DNA of 64,000 bases from an uncultured candidate division Zixibacteria bacterium (GCA_963713865.1 OY970208.1:1696001-1760000); one strand, 5' to 3'; shown: positions 49,297 through 60,394, counted from the first letter of the stretch. The notes: generated by a model from the sequence alone, not told the origin. Program-made: numbers and translations.

Positions 49297-49617
49297 ATGA
49301 AAAAAGTGGTTTTGTGGTTATTTTTGTTCTTTCTTCCGGGGTTTTTATTAATAAGCGAAAATTCTTTTTGCCAAGATGATAATTATCTGGTTAATGTTGA
49401 ACTTAAAGCTAAAGGAGATCTGGATATTATTGGAATTTCTGCCTTTGACACCACCTATTTCAGAAAATACTGTCAGGCAGGTTTAGCGGCTTTAGCCACA
49501 TTGGCAATACCTTATTTTGACCTCAGAGGTGATGTTAATTTAGATATGAAGGTGAGTGTTTCAGATGTAGTTTACCTGATTAATTATCTTTTCAAAGGTG
49601 GTCCAGCACCCTGCTGA
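49297..49617 (+). CDS. Small secreted protein with a single dockerin-like repeat
   Basis: RBS AAGGAG, signal peptide, GDVNLDMKVSVSDVVYLINYLFKGGPAPC. Confidence 0.7.
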   Translation: MKKVVLWLFLFFLPGFLLISENSFCQDDNYLVNVELKAKGDLDIIGISAFDTTYFRKYCQAGLAALATLAIPYFDLRGDVNLDMKVSVSDVVYLINYLFKGGPAPC

Positions 49618-49666
49618 AATTCAGTTTGTCCGCCTGAGGCAGATTGAAGTTTGGAGTTTGAAGAAG

Positions 49667-49696
49667 AAGGACAGCCATTGTGGTTGTCCTTTTTTT
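49667..49696 (+). terminator. Rho-independent terminator
   Basis: aaggacagcca-ttg-tggttgtcctt followed by a T run. Confidence 0.75.
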
Positions 49697-49836
49697 ATCC
49701 AAACAGTGTGAAATTTGCAGTCAACCATGCCAGAAGGGTTGGTTGACAATCATTGTTAATTTGTAAAGCAGTCCGCCTTTGGCGAATATGCTTGTCCTAC
49801 TACAATCAAATCCTGGTAACAGTTGCACCTTTTTTC

Positions 49837-49899
49837 TTGACATTATGTCCGTATAGGATTATTATAAATGTGCTGGCACTTTAATACCGAGAGTGCTAA
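49837..49899 (+). promoter_or_regulatory. Sigma70 promoter and CIRCE operator
   Basis: TTGACA-N17-TATTAT (49837-49865); CTGGCACTT-N9-GAGTGCTAA (49873-49899) upstream of hrcA. Confidence 0.9.
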
Positions 49900-49941
49900 C
49901 GAGTAATTTATTTAATAATAAAGACTTAGCATAGTAAAATC

Positions 49942-50970
49942 ATGACCGGAGATTTAAGTTTAAGGGAAAAGAAAATCCTGAAGGCTTTGATTAATGAATA
50001 TATTTTAACTGCTCAGCCCGTAAGCTCAAAAGCAGTAGCGGAAAGGCATGGTCTGGGAGTTAGTTCTGCAACCGTAAGAAACTCAATGCACGATTTAGAG
50101 GAGAAAGGGCTTTTGAGACAACCTCATCCTTCTGCTGGAAGGATTCCAACCGATAAGGGTTACAGGATTTACGTTGATAACCTGGTCAAACCTGAAAAGC
50201 TGACTTTGCAGGAAAGAGAAAAGATCAGAAAGAACTTAGTGGAGGAACATACTGCAGTGGAGTATGTTTTAGAACAAGCCTCCAGGGTTTTAGGCAGAGT
50301 CTCGAATCTACTCGGAGTTACGATTGCACCTCATTTAGACACGGAGATTTTGACTCATATTGATTTATTATCGGTTGGAGAGAAAAAGCTTTTGATGGTT
50401 ATAGCAGTTAAATCAGGGATTGTGAAAAGTGTCCTTCTGGAGATTGATTCCGAGATAAAATCCAAGGCTTTACAGGAGACCGAAAGATTGCTAAATCAAA
50501 GGCTTTCCGGTTTGAGCCTAGGGGAGATTATGAATTCTGCAGAGAAGAGACTTAAAGATAGCTATACTGCCAATCTTCATTTAATCCAGCTTTTTCTGGA
50601 TTCAACGGATAACCTTTTGACCTTTCAGGAGGAGGAAAAGGTTTATCTGAGCGAATCGAATAATCTTTTAAATCAGCCGGAATTCAGGGGTAGGGAGAAC
50701 CTTTCCCGTTTTATACGGCTGATTGAGGATAAGAAATTCTGGCTGAAGATAATCAGTACTAAAGGAACAAAGGAAGGGATTAGCATCAGCATAGGCAGGG
50801 AGCTGGGTAAGGAAGAGATAGAAACCTGTAGTTTAATCTGTGCCGCTTATGGAAAAGGGAGTTTGAAAGGTAAATTAGGATTAATAGGTCCCACCAGGAT
50901 GAGATATGCAAAGTTAGTTTCCCTGGTGGATTATACTTCCAATATTTTAGGGGAGGTTCTCTCTGAATAA
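49942..50970 (+). CDS. hrcA: Heat-inducible transcription repressor HrcA
   Basis: PVSSK, SSATVRN.M..LE..G, PHPSAGRIPTDKGYR.YVD, IGPTRM.Y; CIRCE upstream. Confidence 0.96.
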   Translation: MTGDLSLREKKILKALINEYILTAQPVSSKAVAERHGLGVSSATVRNSMHDLEEKGLLRQPHPSAGRIPTDKGYRIYVDNLVKPEKLTLQEREKIRKNLVEEHTAVEYVLEQASRVLGRVSNLLGVTIAPHLDTEILTHIDLLSVGEKKLLMVIAVKSGIVKSVLLEIDSEIKSKALQETERLLNQRLSGLSLGEIMNSAEKRLKDSYTANLHLIQLFLDSTDNLLTFQEEEKVYLSESNNLLNQPEFRGRENLSRFIRLIEDKKFWLKIISTKGTKEGISISIGRELGKEEIETCSLICAAYGKGSLKGKLGLIGPTRMRYAKLVSLVDYTSNILGEVLSE

Positions 50971-51034
50971 TTTTTTTAAGATTAAAGAAAAGTTTACTTG
51001 AGAATCTAGAGTGTAAACCTTTAGGTTTACCTTT

Positions 51035-51093
51035 GATAAAACTAAAGTCTTCACCAGGATCCCGGGAACAAGACCTTGACGGTTTTATACTCC
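51035..51093 (-). repeat. GGAGTGTAAA family element
   Basis: Reverse complement closely matches 33445-33501. Confidence 0.8.
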
Positions 51094-51139
51094 AATTTAT
51101 ATTCCAAGATAGTTGGGTTAATCAGAGGAAGGTGATTCT

Positions 51140-51799
51140 TTGACAGAAAAGAGTAAAAAAGAAAATAAGGAAAAGATTTCTTTGAATTCCTCAAGATTAG
51201 AAGGATCAGAAGAAGAGGAGAAAGAATTAGAAGAGAAAAGGGAGATGGAGCTGGAAAAATCCGAATCAGGGATTGAGGAAAAAAAGGAAGTCCAGGTAGA
51301 TGTTCTCAAGGAGCGATTGGAGAAATCTGAAAAGGAGTATAAGGAATTAGAGGACAGGCTTCTGAGACTGGCAGCTGAGTTTGATAATTATAAGAAAAGA
51401 ACTGCGAGGGAATTTCAGGCAATAATCAAAAATGCAAATGAAGAGTTAATTTCCCAATTAGTGGAGACCTTAGATAACTTCCAGAGAGCTTTAGACTCAG
51501 CCTCAAGGTCAAATTCGACTAAGAATTCCTCTGATTTCGATAGTTTTCATAAAGGGGTTGAGTTAATCTATCAGCATTTTATAGAAATTTTAAGGAAAGA
51601 AGGATTAAAGGAGATCAAGGCGGTTGGTGAGCCTTTTGACCCGCATTTCCACGAAGCGGTGATGCAGCAGGAGAGCGATGAGTTTCCTGAAGGGGTGGTT
51701 ATGGATGAAATAAGCAAGGGGTATATTTTAAATGATAAAGTCATCAAACATTCTAAGGTGATTGTGTCGAAAGGGAAATCTGATAAAAACAGTGGTTAG
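51140..51799 (+). CDS. grpE: Nucleotide exchange factor GrpE
   Basis: RLAAEFDNYKKR, LDNFQRAL, FDPHFHEAV, KGY.LND.VI. Confidence 0.95.
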   Translation: MTEKSKKENKEKISLNSSRLEGSEEEEKELEEKREMELEKSESGIEEKKEVQVDVLKERLEKSEKEYKELEDRLLRLAAEFDNYKKRTAREFQAIIKNANEELISQLVETLDNFQRALDSASRSNSTKNSSDFDSFHKGVELIYQHFIEILRKEGLKEIKAVGEPFDPHFHEAVMQQESDEFPEGVVMDEISKGYILNDKVIKHSKVIVSKGKSDKNSG

Positions 51800-51913
51800 T
51801 GGAGAGTGAACAGTGGTCCGTAACTGAGCACTTATCACTCACCATTCTTCACCGAAATTTGAGTACAGAGAAGTATTAGAAAGTGAATATAAAAATTTAG
51901 GAGGTTAGGAAAA

Positions 51914-53845
51914 ATGGCTAAAGTTATCGGAATAGATTTAGGGACAACTAATTCATGCGTGGCGGTGATGGAGGGGGGTGAGCCTAAGGTTATAGCAAAT
52001 GCTGAAGGGATGAGGACTACCCCTTCGGTGGTGGCTTTTACCAAAACCGGTGAAAGGTTAGTGGGGCAGATTGCTAAAAGGCAGGCAATAACTAATCCAG
52101 AGAATACCGTTTTCTCTATAAAAAGATTTATGGGGAGAAGACATTATGAAGTTATGGAAGAGGAGAAGATTGTTCCATATAAAATAGTGGAGGAGCCGAA
52201 TGGTGACGTGCGGGTTTTGATTCAGGGGAAAGAATATTCACCACCTGAAATCTCAGCTTATATTCTGCAGTCGATGAAAAAGACAGCTGAGGATTTTTTA
52301 GGAGAAAGAATTACCCAGGCAGTCATTACTGTGCCGGCCTATTTTAACGATTCTCAAAGACAAGCAACCAAGGATGCTGGAAGGATTGCTGGCTTAGAAG
52401 TCTTAAGGATTATAAACGAGCCTACAGCCGCATCCTTAGCTTATGGTTTGGAAAAGAAAAAGGATGAAAAGATTGCAGTATTTGATCTGGGTGGGGGAAC
52501 TTTTGATATTTCTATTTTAGAAATAGGAGAAGGTGTGTTTGAGGTTAGATCCACCAACGGTGATACCCATTTGGGCGGGGATGATTTTGACCAGAGGGTT
52601 ATGGACTGGATGGCGGATGAGTTTCAAAAAAACTACGGTATAGATTTGAGAAAAGACCGTATGGCTTTGCAGAGGCTTAAAGAAGCTGCAGAGAAGGCAA
52701 AATGCGAGCTTTCTACCACGCTGCAGACTAATATTAATCTCCCATTTATTACCGCAGATGCATCCGGTCCCAGGCACTTAGATTTAAACTTAACCAGGGC
52801 TAAGCTTGAGCAGTTAGTAGATGAGTTGCTTCAAAGGACAGTTGGTCCCTGCAAAAGAGCTTTAGAAGATGCCAAATTATCACCTGAGGATATTGATGAA
52901 GTGATTTTAGTGGGTGGACAGACCCGGATGCCTAAGGTTCAGGAAATAGTCAAAGAGCTTTTCAGAAAAGAGCCTCATAAGGGAGTTAATCCGGATGAGG
53001 TGGTAGCAGTGGGAGCGGCAATTCAAGCTGCGGTTTTAACCGGTGAAGTAAAAGACGTTCTCCTTTTAGACGTTACCCCTTTGTCCTTAGGTATTGAGAC
53101 CTTAGGTGGAGTAATGACCCGTTTAATAGAAAGGAACACCACTATCCCGACCAAAAAGAGTCAGATTTTCTCAACTGCGGCTGATAACCAGACCGCAGTC
53201 TCAATTCACGTTCTCCAGGGGGAAAGGGAGATGGCGATTGATAATCGGACCTTAGGAAGATTTGATTTAATCGGGTTACCTCCTGCACCCAGAGGCATTC
53301 CTCAAATCGAAGTAGCTTTCGATATAGATGCAAATGGAATAGTTCACGTTTCAGCTAAAGATTTGGGAACCGGGAAAGAACAATCTATCAAAATTCAAGT
53401 CTCTTCAGGAATTTCGGAGCAGGAGATCAAGAAGATGGTAAAAGATGCTGAGGCACACTCGGATGAGGACAAAAGAAAAAAAGGGTTAGTTGAATCCCGG
53501 AATAAGGCTGACCAGATAGTTTATACTACTGAAAAAACCTTAAAGGAATATGGAGATAAAATCTCAGCGGAGGAGAAAAAGAAGATCGAACAGGCAATAG
53601 AGAGGGTGAAATCGGTAATCAACAGCGATAATAAAGATGAAATAGATAGGGCAACAGAGGAGCTTCTGACTGCTTCGCATAAAATTGCTGAGGAGATGTA
53701 CAAAAAAACTACCAGCCAGCAGCAAACAGATAGACCTTCAGGTGAATCAGCTGAAGAGAAGAAGTCCGGGAACGGATCAGAGAAAAAAGAGGGAAAAGAT
53801 GGGGCTGTGGATGCGGATTACGAAGTGATGGATGATAAACAATAA
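51914..53845 (+). CDS. dnaK: Chaperone DnaK
   Basis: [47 protein letters not shown]. Confidence 0.99.
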   Translation: MAKVIGIDLGTTNSCVAVMEGGEPKVIANAEGMRTTPSVVAFTKTGERLVGQIAKRQAITNPENTVFSIKRFMGRRHYEVMEEEKIVPYKIVEEPNGDVRVLIQGKEYSPPEISAYILQSMKKTAEDFLGERITQAVITVPAYFNDSQRQATKDAGRIAGLEVLRIINEPTAASLAYGLEKKKDEKIAVFDLGGGTFDISILEIGEGVFEVRSTNGDTHLGGDDFDQRVMDWMADEFQKNYGIDLRKDRMALQRLKEAAEKAKCELSTTLQTNINLPFITADASGPRHLDLNLTRAKLEQLVDELLQRTVGPCKRALEDAKLSPEDIDEVILVGGQTRMPKVQEIVKELFRKEPHKGVNPDEVVAVGAAIQAAVLTGEVKDVLLLDVTPLSLGIETLGGVMTRLIERNTTIPTKKSQIFSTAADNQTAVSIHVLQGEREMAIDNRTLGRFDLIGLPPAPRGIPQIEVAFDIDANGIVHVSAKDLGTGKEQSIKIQVSSGISEQEIKKMVKDAEAHSDEDKRKKGLVESRNKADQIVYTTEKTLKEYGDKISAEEKKKIEQAIERVKSVINSDNKDEIDRATEELLTASHKIAEEMYKKTTSQQQTDRPSGESAEEKKSGNGSEKKEGKDGAVDADYEVMDDKQ

Positions 53846-53872
53846 AAATAATGAAGGATGATGCATAAAAAA

Positions 53873-54042
53873 GTAGCGTCCGGCTTTATGCCGGACGTTT
53901 TTATTTTCTCTATCATCTACATTTTAAGAGAGGAGAATGTAATGCTGGTAGAGGCGTATTACATGTATCTTGGTCTTTTTAGCGACCCTGAAAGGGATGC
54001 GCTACTAAAAAGAGTAGGGGCAGGTTTTAAACCTGCCCCTAC
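53873..54042. repeat. Cluster of GTAG-type REP hairpins between convergent genes
   Basis: gtagcgtccggctttatgccggacg; agcgaccctgaaagggatgcgctac; gtaggggcaggttttaaacctgcccctac. Confidence 0.75.
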
Positions 54043-54066
54043 AAATTATTTCGACCTCACAAAAAA

Positions 54067-54534
54067 TCAGATAAGCCCGAATTCTTTTTGCAGAGCCTGG
54101 GTTGCCTGATCAAGCTGGTTTTTGGCTATCAAGCAGTGCAGGCAGGTCATTGAGGTGCAAACCGCCTGGATGTTAATCTTATGGGTAGCTAAAACCTCAA
54201 AAGCTCTGCCAGCTATTCCGGGAGTTTGTGAAAGCTGAGGGTGGGTAACAGTAACCAGAGCTACCTCAGGGTCTATGGCTAACTCCTGAGCTTTGATGTC
54301 TTCACTGATCTTTTTCAACTCGAACATAGCTGACTGTAAATCTTTTTTAGCCAGGACGAAAGTGATATTGACTTTACCCATAGTGCCGCAAGAGGCAGAA
54401 GTTATCAACTGCACATTCATTCCATGCGACCACAAACTGCCGAAAATCCTGGCAGCAATGCCCGGCAGGTCTGGAACTGAAACCAGAGTCACTTTGGAAA
54501 TATCCATCTGATTCAAAATTTGAAATTCGGACAT
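54067..54534 (-). CDS. Tandem ACT-domain protein (aspartokinase beta-like)
   Basis: VPDLPGIAARIF and TPGIAGRAFEVL repeats. Confidence 0.8.
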   Translation of the reverse strand: MSEFQILNQMDISKVTLVSVPDLPGIAARIFGSLWSHGMNVQLITSASCGTMGKVNITFVLAKKDLQSAMFELKKISEDIKAQELAIDPEVALVTVTHPQLSQTPGIAGRAFEVLATHKINIQAVCTSMTCLHCLIAKNQLDQATQALQKEFGLI

Positions 54535-54975
54535 AAGATAGTCTCCTGATATTTAAAACCGTAAGATCAATTTGTGTTAAAAAATATTTATTATCCCACC
54601 TTGAAGGCAAGGTGGGACTACCGAATCTTGTATAGTTAAATTTTCAAAGAAAACTTCGATTTGTTTCAAGATAATATAAAACCTTTTAAAGTCAAAGAAT
54701 TTATGTAGTTTTTAACTAAAAAGTTCAGAAAATATAAGTTGAATAAAGTAGTTTTAGTCAGATTTATCATTCGGAGTGCATCAGCTTGTTGAATTTGACA
54801 TTGAGGCCGATATTTCATAAAAAACGCAAGAACAGGCAATTTCACTCCACATTTATTAATCATTTATGCATAATAATTTTAAAAGGTTAAAGGTTGACAG
54901 TTGAAATATTAAGTATATATTAGAGATTTCAGAGACCGATAACGTAATATGATAAGGTTATAATCACAGGAATAT

Positions 54976-56136
54976 ATGGCTAAAAGAGATTATTATGAGA
55001 TCTTGGGTGTAGACAGGTCTGCCTCTGAAGAGGAGATTAAAAAAGCCTACCGGAGATTAGCCCTGCAGCATCATCCGGACAGGAACCCGGGTAATAAAGA
55101 GGCGGAGGAGAAATTCAAGGAGGCAACTGAGGCTTACGAGGTATTGAAGGACCCGGATAAAAGGGGCAAATACGACCAGTTTGGACATGTGGGAGTTGGC
55201 GCAAATACAGGTTATGAAGAGTCATATTATAGACCATTTAATCGAGATCATGCCATGAGAATTTTTGAAGAGTTCATCCGACAGTTCGGTCTTGATGATC
55301 TTGATATCTTCGAAGAAAGAAGAACTAGAAGAACCAAGCACGGCCCTGTTCAAGGAGAGGACATACAGATAAGACTAAAATTGAGTCTTGAAGAGATAGC
55401 TACAGGAGCAGAGAAAAAAATTAAACTAAAAAGGTTTGTCGGATGTTCTTCCTGTGGAGGAACTGGGGCTGAGAAAGGAACCTTTAATAGGACTTGCCCT
55501 AATTGTGATGGCACAGGAGAGGTAAGAAAAGTTTCCCGCTCTTTCTTAGGTCAATCGATTGTGGTTACTACCTGTAATCTGTGCGGGGGCTCAGGTGAAG
55601 TTATAGAAAAAGCCTGTTCCACCTGCGGTGGAGATGGAAGGGTAAAAGGGGAAAGCACTATAAATGTTAAGGTGCCAGCCGGCGTAGTTACCGGGAATTA
55701 CATACCCCTGCGGGGTGCTGGTAATTATGGTAAAAGAGGAGGTCCAGCCGGGGATGTTCTGGTTTTCATTGAGGAACAAGAGCATTCCCAGTTTATCCGG
55801 CACGAGGATGACTTAATTTATGAAGTGGCGATTAGCTTTCCTCAGGCTGCTTTGGGAACTGAAGTTGAGATACCTACTCTGGACGGCAGGGTAAATCTGA
55901 AAATACCATCCGGCACACAGTCAGGTAAGCCTTTCCGTTTAAGAGGTAAAGGGATTCCCCATCTTCATTCGTATGGCAGAGGTGACCAGATAGTCAGGGT
56001 TTTAGTCTGGGTACCAAATTCTCTTTCTTCGGAAGAAAAGAGATTATTAAAAGAACTGGCTGAAAAGTCCGGAATTAAACCTCCAAAAGGGGATAAGGAT
56101 TTCTTTGCGAGGTTAAGAAATACATTAGGATTCTAA
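54976..56136 (+). CDS. dnaJ: Chaperone DnaJ
   Basis: J domain with HPD, four CxxCxGxG repeats, C-terminal domain. Confidence 0.98.
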   Translation: MAKRDYYEILGVDRSASEEEIKKAYRRLALQHHPDRNPGNKEAEEKFKEATEAYEVLKDPDKRGKYDQFGHVGVGANTGYEESYYRPFNRDHAMRIFEEFIRQFGLDDLDIFEERRTRRTKHGPVQGEDIQIRLKLSLEEIATGAEKKIKLKRFVGCSSCGGTGAEKGTFNRTCPNCDGTGEVRKVSRSFLGQSIVVTTCNLCGGSGEVIEKACSTCGGDGRVKGESTINVKVPAGVVTGNYIPLRGAGNYGKRGGPAGDVLVFIEEQEHSQFIRHEDDLIYEVAISFPQAALGTEVEIPTLDGRVNLKIPSGTQSGKPFRLRGKGIPHLHSYGRGDQIVRVLVWVPNSLSSEEKRLLKELAEKSGIKPPKGDKDFFARLRNTLGF

Positions 56137-56279
56137 ATAGACGATTGGGTTTGTAGGGCAGTCTTTGACAACCAGACCTATCTTAACCACAAAAAGAGAG
56201 CAGCGGTGTATTAAGCCTGAGGATTAGGTAGAGTTTATAAAGGATAAGAGTAACAAGAATTTTGGATGTAAAAAAAAAG

Positions 56280-58208
56280 ATGAAGCTTAGAGAAATAATT
56301 ATTAAAAATTTTCGGTGTCTGGTAGATGTATTCGTTCCTATTACAGACACTACTATTTTAGTCGGTGAAAATAATTCAGGTAAGACGGCTCTGCTTGAAG
56401 CGTTGAAAGCAGCATTACCTGGGAGTACCGCGGGACGAGTGACACCGTTCGACGAGTATGATTACCATATGGTTAAAGCTATTGATTCTCCACAAACGAG
56501 TGAGGGTATTGTCATCGAATTGTGGTTTCGAGAGGACCAATCCGATGAGTGGCCGGCTTCTTTAGTTCAAGCTCTTAACGATATTATCCAAACAGATCCT
56601 GTAATGGATTTGGATTCTATCGGGTTAAGATTATCAAGCAAATATGATACAACAACCAAGGAAATTGTTTCCAAATGGGAATTTCTTGCCTTGAATGGTC
56701 AGACATTGGGAGGCAAAGGTGCAAACCCTAATAACTTGAGCAAATTCCTTCAGTATATCCGTTTGTTTTATTTATCTGCCCTCCGTAGTTCAGACCATGA
56801 TTTTTCTCCTAGCTCTCAGTTTTGGGGGCAGATACTTAAAAAGCTTAAGATTAGCGAAGAACAGGGGAAAATCCTTAATGAAGAACTGACAAAGCTTAAT
56901 GATGACTTGCTAGGAGCAGACCCAAGGCTTGAACAGGTAAGAGTTTCGTTAGAAAAAGTTCAAAAAATCATGGCGCTGGGAACGGGACAAAGCACTTCAA
57001 TCCGAGCGTTACCGCTTAAACCGTGGGATTTGATGGCGAGGTCGCAGGTGGTAATCAAGGCTTGCGGAACAGAGAACGAATTTCCACTTTCTCGCCATGG
57101 GCAGGGCATGCAGAGTTTAGCTGTTCTTTTTCTTTTCCAGGCTTATCTTGAGGTGCTTCTTAAACCAACGTTTGAGACGGATACGGAGGCTATTTTGGCT
57201 TTAGAGGAACCAGAGGCACATCTTCATCCGCAAGCGACTCGTGCGCTTGCCATTAACTTGGGCGAGGTTAAAAGTCAGAAGATTATATCAAGCCATTCAC
57301 CTTATTTCATCCAGGAAATTCCCTTTGAATACATTCGCTTGTTTCGTCGGAATGGGCCATCGTCCAAAGTTCTTTATGTTAAACGTTCCCTTACTGCTAA
57401 CATCCCAGAGAAAAAGGAGTTAATAGAGTTTTGTGATAAAAATGCTTCAAAGTTTCAGTATCATATTGGTAATGCTATCCTTTCTATCAGTGGTAGGATG
57501 GAAGAAGGGGAATACCGCGATTTGCTTAAGATTTATTCGGACCAGACTGAGGTTCATCCAGAAATCAAACGTCTTAAAAAAGAATCTCAACTGTATCTTA
57601 CTCATAGTGACCTTAAAGACCTTGATACTTACGCAAAGCGCATGCGTGGAGATGTGCTTTTCGCTCGTGGATGGCTCCTATGTGAAGGGCAATGTGATTA
57701 TTTATTGGTACGATATTTTGCAGAGTTATTGGGGAAACCGTTGGACCAGGAAGGAATTACCGTAGTCGATTTTCAGAATAATGGATCCCCGGGTGCTTTT
57801 GTGGCCTTGGCACGAACTTTTGAGATTCCGTGGATTATGGTTTGCGACAATGACGATGCCGGAAAAGAATTTGTTAATCAGGTCAAAAATCGTGGGCTGA
57901 CAGATGAAGAGATCAAAGAGTTTGTTCGACCACTGGAAGAAGGTTTTGATCTGGAACTGTTCCTAGTGAAAAAAGGTTTCATTCAGGAATACAGAAGCAT
58001 TCTTGCTAAGCGAAAGGTCAATTTAGCTAAGAAAGAGGGTGATCAAGGGTTTGAGGAGGAAATTGCCTCAGTGATTAGGAAAGATAAGACAGGATATGTT
58101 AATGCATTGATTGAAGAACTTCGGGCAACTAGTGCTGACAAAACGAGAGTTCCTCAGTTATTTGAAGTAGCTATTGAAGATATAATTAAAAAGGCGAGTA
58201 CGGAATGA
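56280..58208 (+). CDS. OLD-family ABC ATPase-TOPRIM nuclease (GajA-like)
   Basis: NFR, GENNSGKT, HGQGMQS, EEPEAHLHP, SSHSP; TOPRIM LCEG..D and CDND. Confidence 0.9.
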   Translation: MKLREIIIKNFRCLVDVFVPITDTTILVGENNSGKTALLEALKAALPGSTAGRVTPFDEYDYHMVKAIDSPQTSEGIVIELWFREDQSDEWPASLVQALNDIIQTDPVMDLDSIGLRLSSKYDTTTKEIVSKWEFLALNGQTLGGKGANPNNLSKFLQYIRLFYLSALRSSDHDFSPSSQFWGQILKKLKISEEQGKILNEELTKLNDDLLGADPRLEQVRVSLEKVQKIMALGTGQSTSIRALPLKPWDLMARSQVVIKACGTENEFPLSRHGQGMQSLAVLFLFQAYLEVLLKPTFETDTEAILALEEPEAHLHPQATRALAINLGEVKSQKIISSHSPYFIQEIPFEYIRLFRRNGPSSKVLYVKRSLTANIPEKKELIEFCDKNASKFQYHIGNAILSISGRMEEGEYRDLLKIYSDQTEVHPEIKRLKKESQLYLTHSDLKDLDTYAKRMRGDVLFARGWLLCEGQCDYLLVRYFAELLGKPLDQEGITVVDFQNNGSPGAFVALARTFEIPWIMVCDNDDAGKEFVNQVKNRGLTDEEIKEFVRPLEEGFDLELFLVKKGFIQEYRSILAKRKVNLAKKEGDQGFEEEIASVIRKDKTGYVNALIEELRATSADKTRVPQLFEVAIEDIIKKASTE

Positions 58209-60148
58209 GGACTAAAGAGCTAATTTCAGCTTGGGAAGAGTTAAGCCCTATTCAGAAGGAAGCAGCCAAATGGGATAAGTCTCCTCTGTTAGTATTGGCG
58301 GGCCCAGGAGCAGGAAAAACAAGGGTTCTTACTTGTCGTATAGCGAACATTCTTGATTCTAGTTGTGACGAAAATTTCCGCGTCCTTGGCTTAACATTCA
58401 CTAACAAAGCAGCAGATGAGATGAGAAGTCGTGTAGCTAACTTTGTACCTGGCCAAGAAGGACGTCTTTTCTTGGGAACTTTTCATTCATTTTGTGCAGA
58501 TGTTTTACGTCAACACGGAACACATTTAAATATTAATCCTAATTTTCATATTTATTCACAGGATGTTGACTTGCAAGCCGTATTGAATGATGCAGTGGAA
58601 GAAGCTAAAAAGGAGTCCGATGTGGTCACTGATTCTGACAAGAAAACCTTGATAGTTATACAACGTCTAAAGTCTCGTCTTGTTTTGCCTGAGAACTGCC
58701 GTGAGATATTTATAGATAAAGAATTCGGTGAGCGGATGGCTATCGTTTATCCGGCCTACGAAGCGGAATTATCAAAGCGGAATGCTCTAGATTTCAATTC
58801 CTTAATTTTCAAAGCATACTTATTGTTTACAAAATTTCCTGCTTTTGCCAAACGTTATCGAGCGGTCTATCCCTATATTTGTATAGACGAGTTTCAAGAT
58901 ACGAATCATGCTCAATATAATTTCATTCGAGCTTTTACTGGAGACCAACACAAGAATCTATTTATAGTTGCTGACGATGATCAAATTATTTACCAATGGA
59001 ACGGGGCAAGTCACAAACGCATTGAGGAGTTTGTGAAGGATTATTCACCAAGTGTTATCCAGCTGCCTGTGAATTATAGATGTCCACCTGAAATTGTGTC
59101 GTTAGCTAATAATCTTATAAGCTACAACTTTTTGAGAACCATTAATAAAAAACCTCTTGTAGCATTTCGGCCTAGTCCAGGCGGAGACACTGTGCGTTTA
59201 ATTCCGGTTTTTCCCGACTTTGATGCTGAGACGTCTGGAATAGCCAAAGACATAAAAAGGCTTCATTCTGGTCATCTTGGTTCAGTCGTCGTATTAGCAA
59301 GAAGCCGTAAGCTACTTGTCGGTGCTGAACATGCACTTCATAACGAAGGATTGCCTGCTGTAATCTGTCAGCGAAAAGATGAATTTGAAAGCACTCCGTT
59401 CATATGGCTTCATTCCATACTACGTCTTGCTAATGATAGACAAAATCGTAGTTATTTGGAGGCTGTGTGTGGTACCTTTACGCAGCTTACCAATGTAGAG
59501 GTTGACCCCGACGATGTCATTACACAAGCTCGAGCGTCAAACCGAGACTATTTACAGTTTTGGATTAAACTTGTGCATCAAAAAACTTCAGATGCGTTGG
59601 TAGAGGAAATTATCAATCAAACATCAGGATTCTTGGGAGAAGGTAGAGATTTTAGAGGGTTTAGTAAATTAGCATTTGATTGGTTTAACAAACTGATACA
59701 AGCCAAACAACAAGCTAACAGCGACCCGACCATTGAGCTATTTACTCGTTATGAAGATGAGCGTTGTGTGTGGGAAGAGTTAACGAGAGAAATAACAGAA
59801 TCTTTAGGAGACGAAATAACTCTGGAAGCATTTCTGCAAGAACTCCAGATGCATTCGAAAGAACCATCTCCTCTACCAAACTCAGTAATTCTCATGACAA
59901 TTCACGGAGCCAAAGGCAAGGAATTTGATCACGTTTATTTGATTGGACTAGTGGACGATGAGTTACCATCATTTCAGAGTAAACAAAAGGGTGATAATAG
60001 TCCAGAGATGGAAGAAGAACGTCGTAACTGTTTTGTTGCAATTACTAGAACCATTGAAACTCTAACACTTAGTTATGCAGAAAAATATAGGGGTTGGTCT
60101 AAAATACCTTCCAGATTTCTCTTCGAGATGGGATTGCTTAATGATTAG
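58205..60148 (+). CDS. UvrD/Rep SF1A helicase (GajB-like)
   Basis: AGPGAGKT, LTFTNKAA, IDEFQDT, DDDQIIYQWNGA, NYRC, TIHGAKGKEF, EEERR..FVAITR; ATGA overlap with the upstream gene. Confidence 0.92.
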   Translation: MRTKELISAWEELSPIQKEAAKWDKSPLLVLAGPGAGKTRVLTCRIANILDSSCDENFRVLGLTFTNKAADEMRSRVANFVPGQEGRLFLGTFHSFCADVLRQHGTHLNINPNFHIYSQDVDLQAVLNDAVEEAKKESDVVTDSDKKTLIVIQRLKSRLVLPENCREIFIDKEFGERMAIVYPAYEAELSKRNALDFNSLIFKAYLLFTKFPAFAKRYRAVYPYICIDEFQDTNHAQYNFIRAFTGDQHKNLFIVADDDQIIYQWNGASHKRIEEFVKDYSPSVIQLPVNYRCPPEIVSLANNLISYNFLRTINKKPLVAFRPSPGGDTVRLIPVFPDFDAETSGIAKDIKRLHSGHLGSVVVLARSRKLLVGAEHALHNEGLPAVICQRKDEFESTPFIWLHSILRLANDRQNRSYLEAVCGTFTQLTNVEVDPDDVITQARASNRDYLQFWIKLVHQKTSDALVEEIINQTSGFLGEGRDFRGFSKLAFDWFNKLIQAKQQANSDPTIELFTRYEDERCVWEELTREITESLGDEITLEAFLQELQMHSKEPSPLPNSVILMTIHGAKGKEFDHVYLIGLVDDELPSFQSKQKGDNSPEMEEERRNCFVAITRTIETLTLSYAEKYRGWSKIPSRFLFEMGLLND

Positions 60149-60394
60149 AGCTATCAGGAGAATGATAATAACAGAGAATAAAACACTTAAAGAGTTATAC
60201 TTTTCATATAGAAGATATATTAAAGCGAATTTGAGAATATTCTGAAGAAGTAGCTACTATTACAGAAATAGATTATCGAAATTAGAGCAAGGAAGAGCTG
60301 ATAAGGCATGATAGTTGAGCATTAATGCTTGATCTTTGGGAAAAATTAATATCCTAAAACTTTTAGGCGGGGCTCCCAGCCCCGCAAAATATTA

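Noticed and set aside
53858-54109. 83-aa ORF after dnaK (also 12857-13084, 15821-16054, 21465-21722, 2010-2198)
   Set aside because: These run through REP palindromes or overlap real genes and have no recognisable motifs.
60162-60245. Short ORF MIITENKTLKELYFSY... after the helicase as a third defence gene
   Set aside because: It has an AGGAG RBS but only about 27 codons and no motif; at most a decayed remnant.
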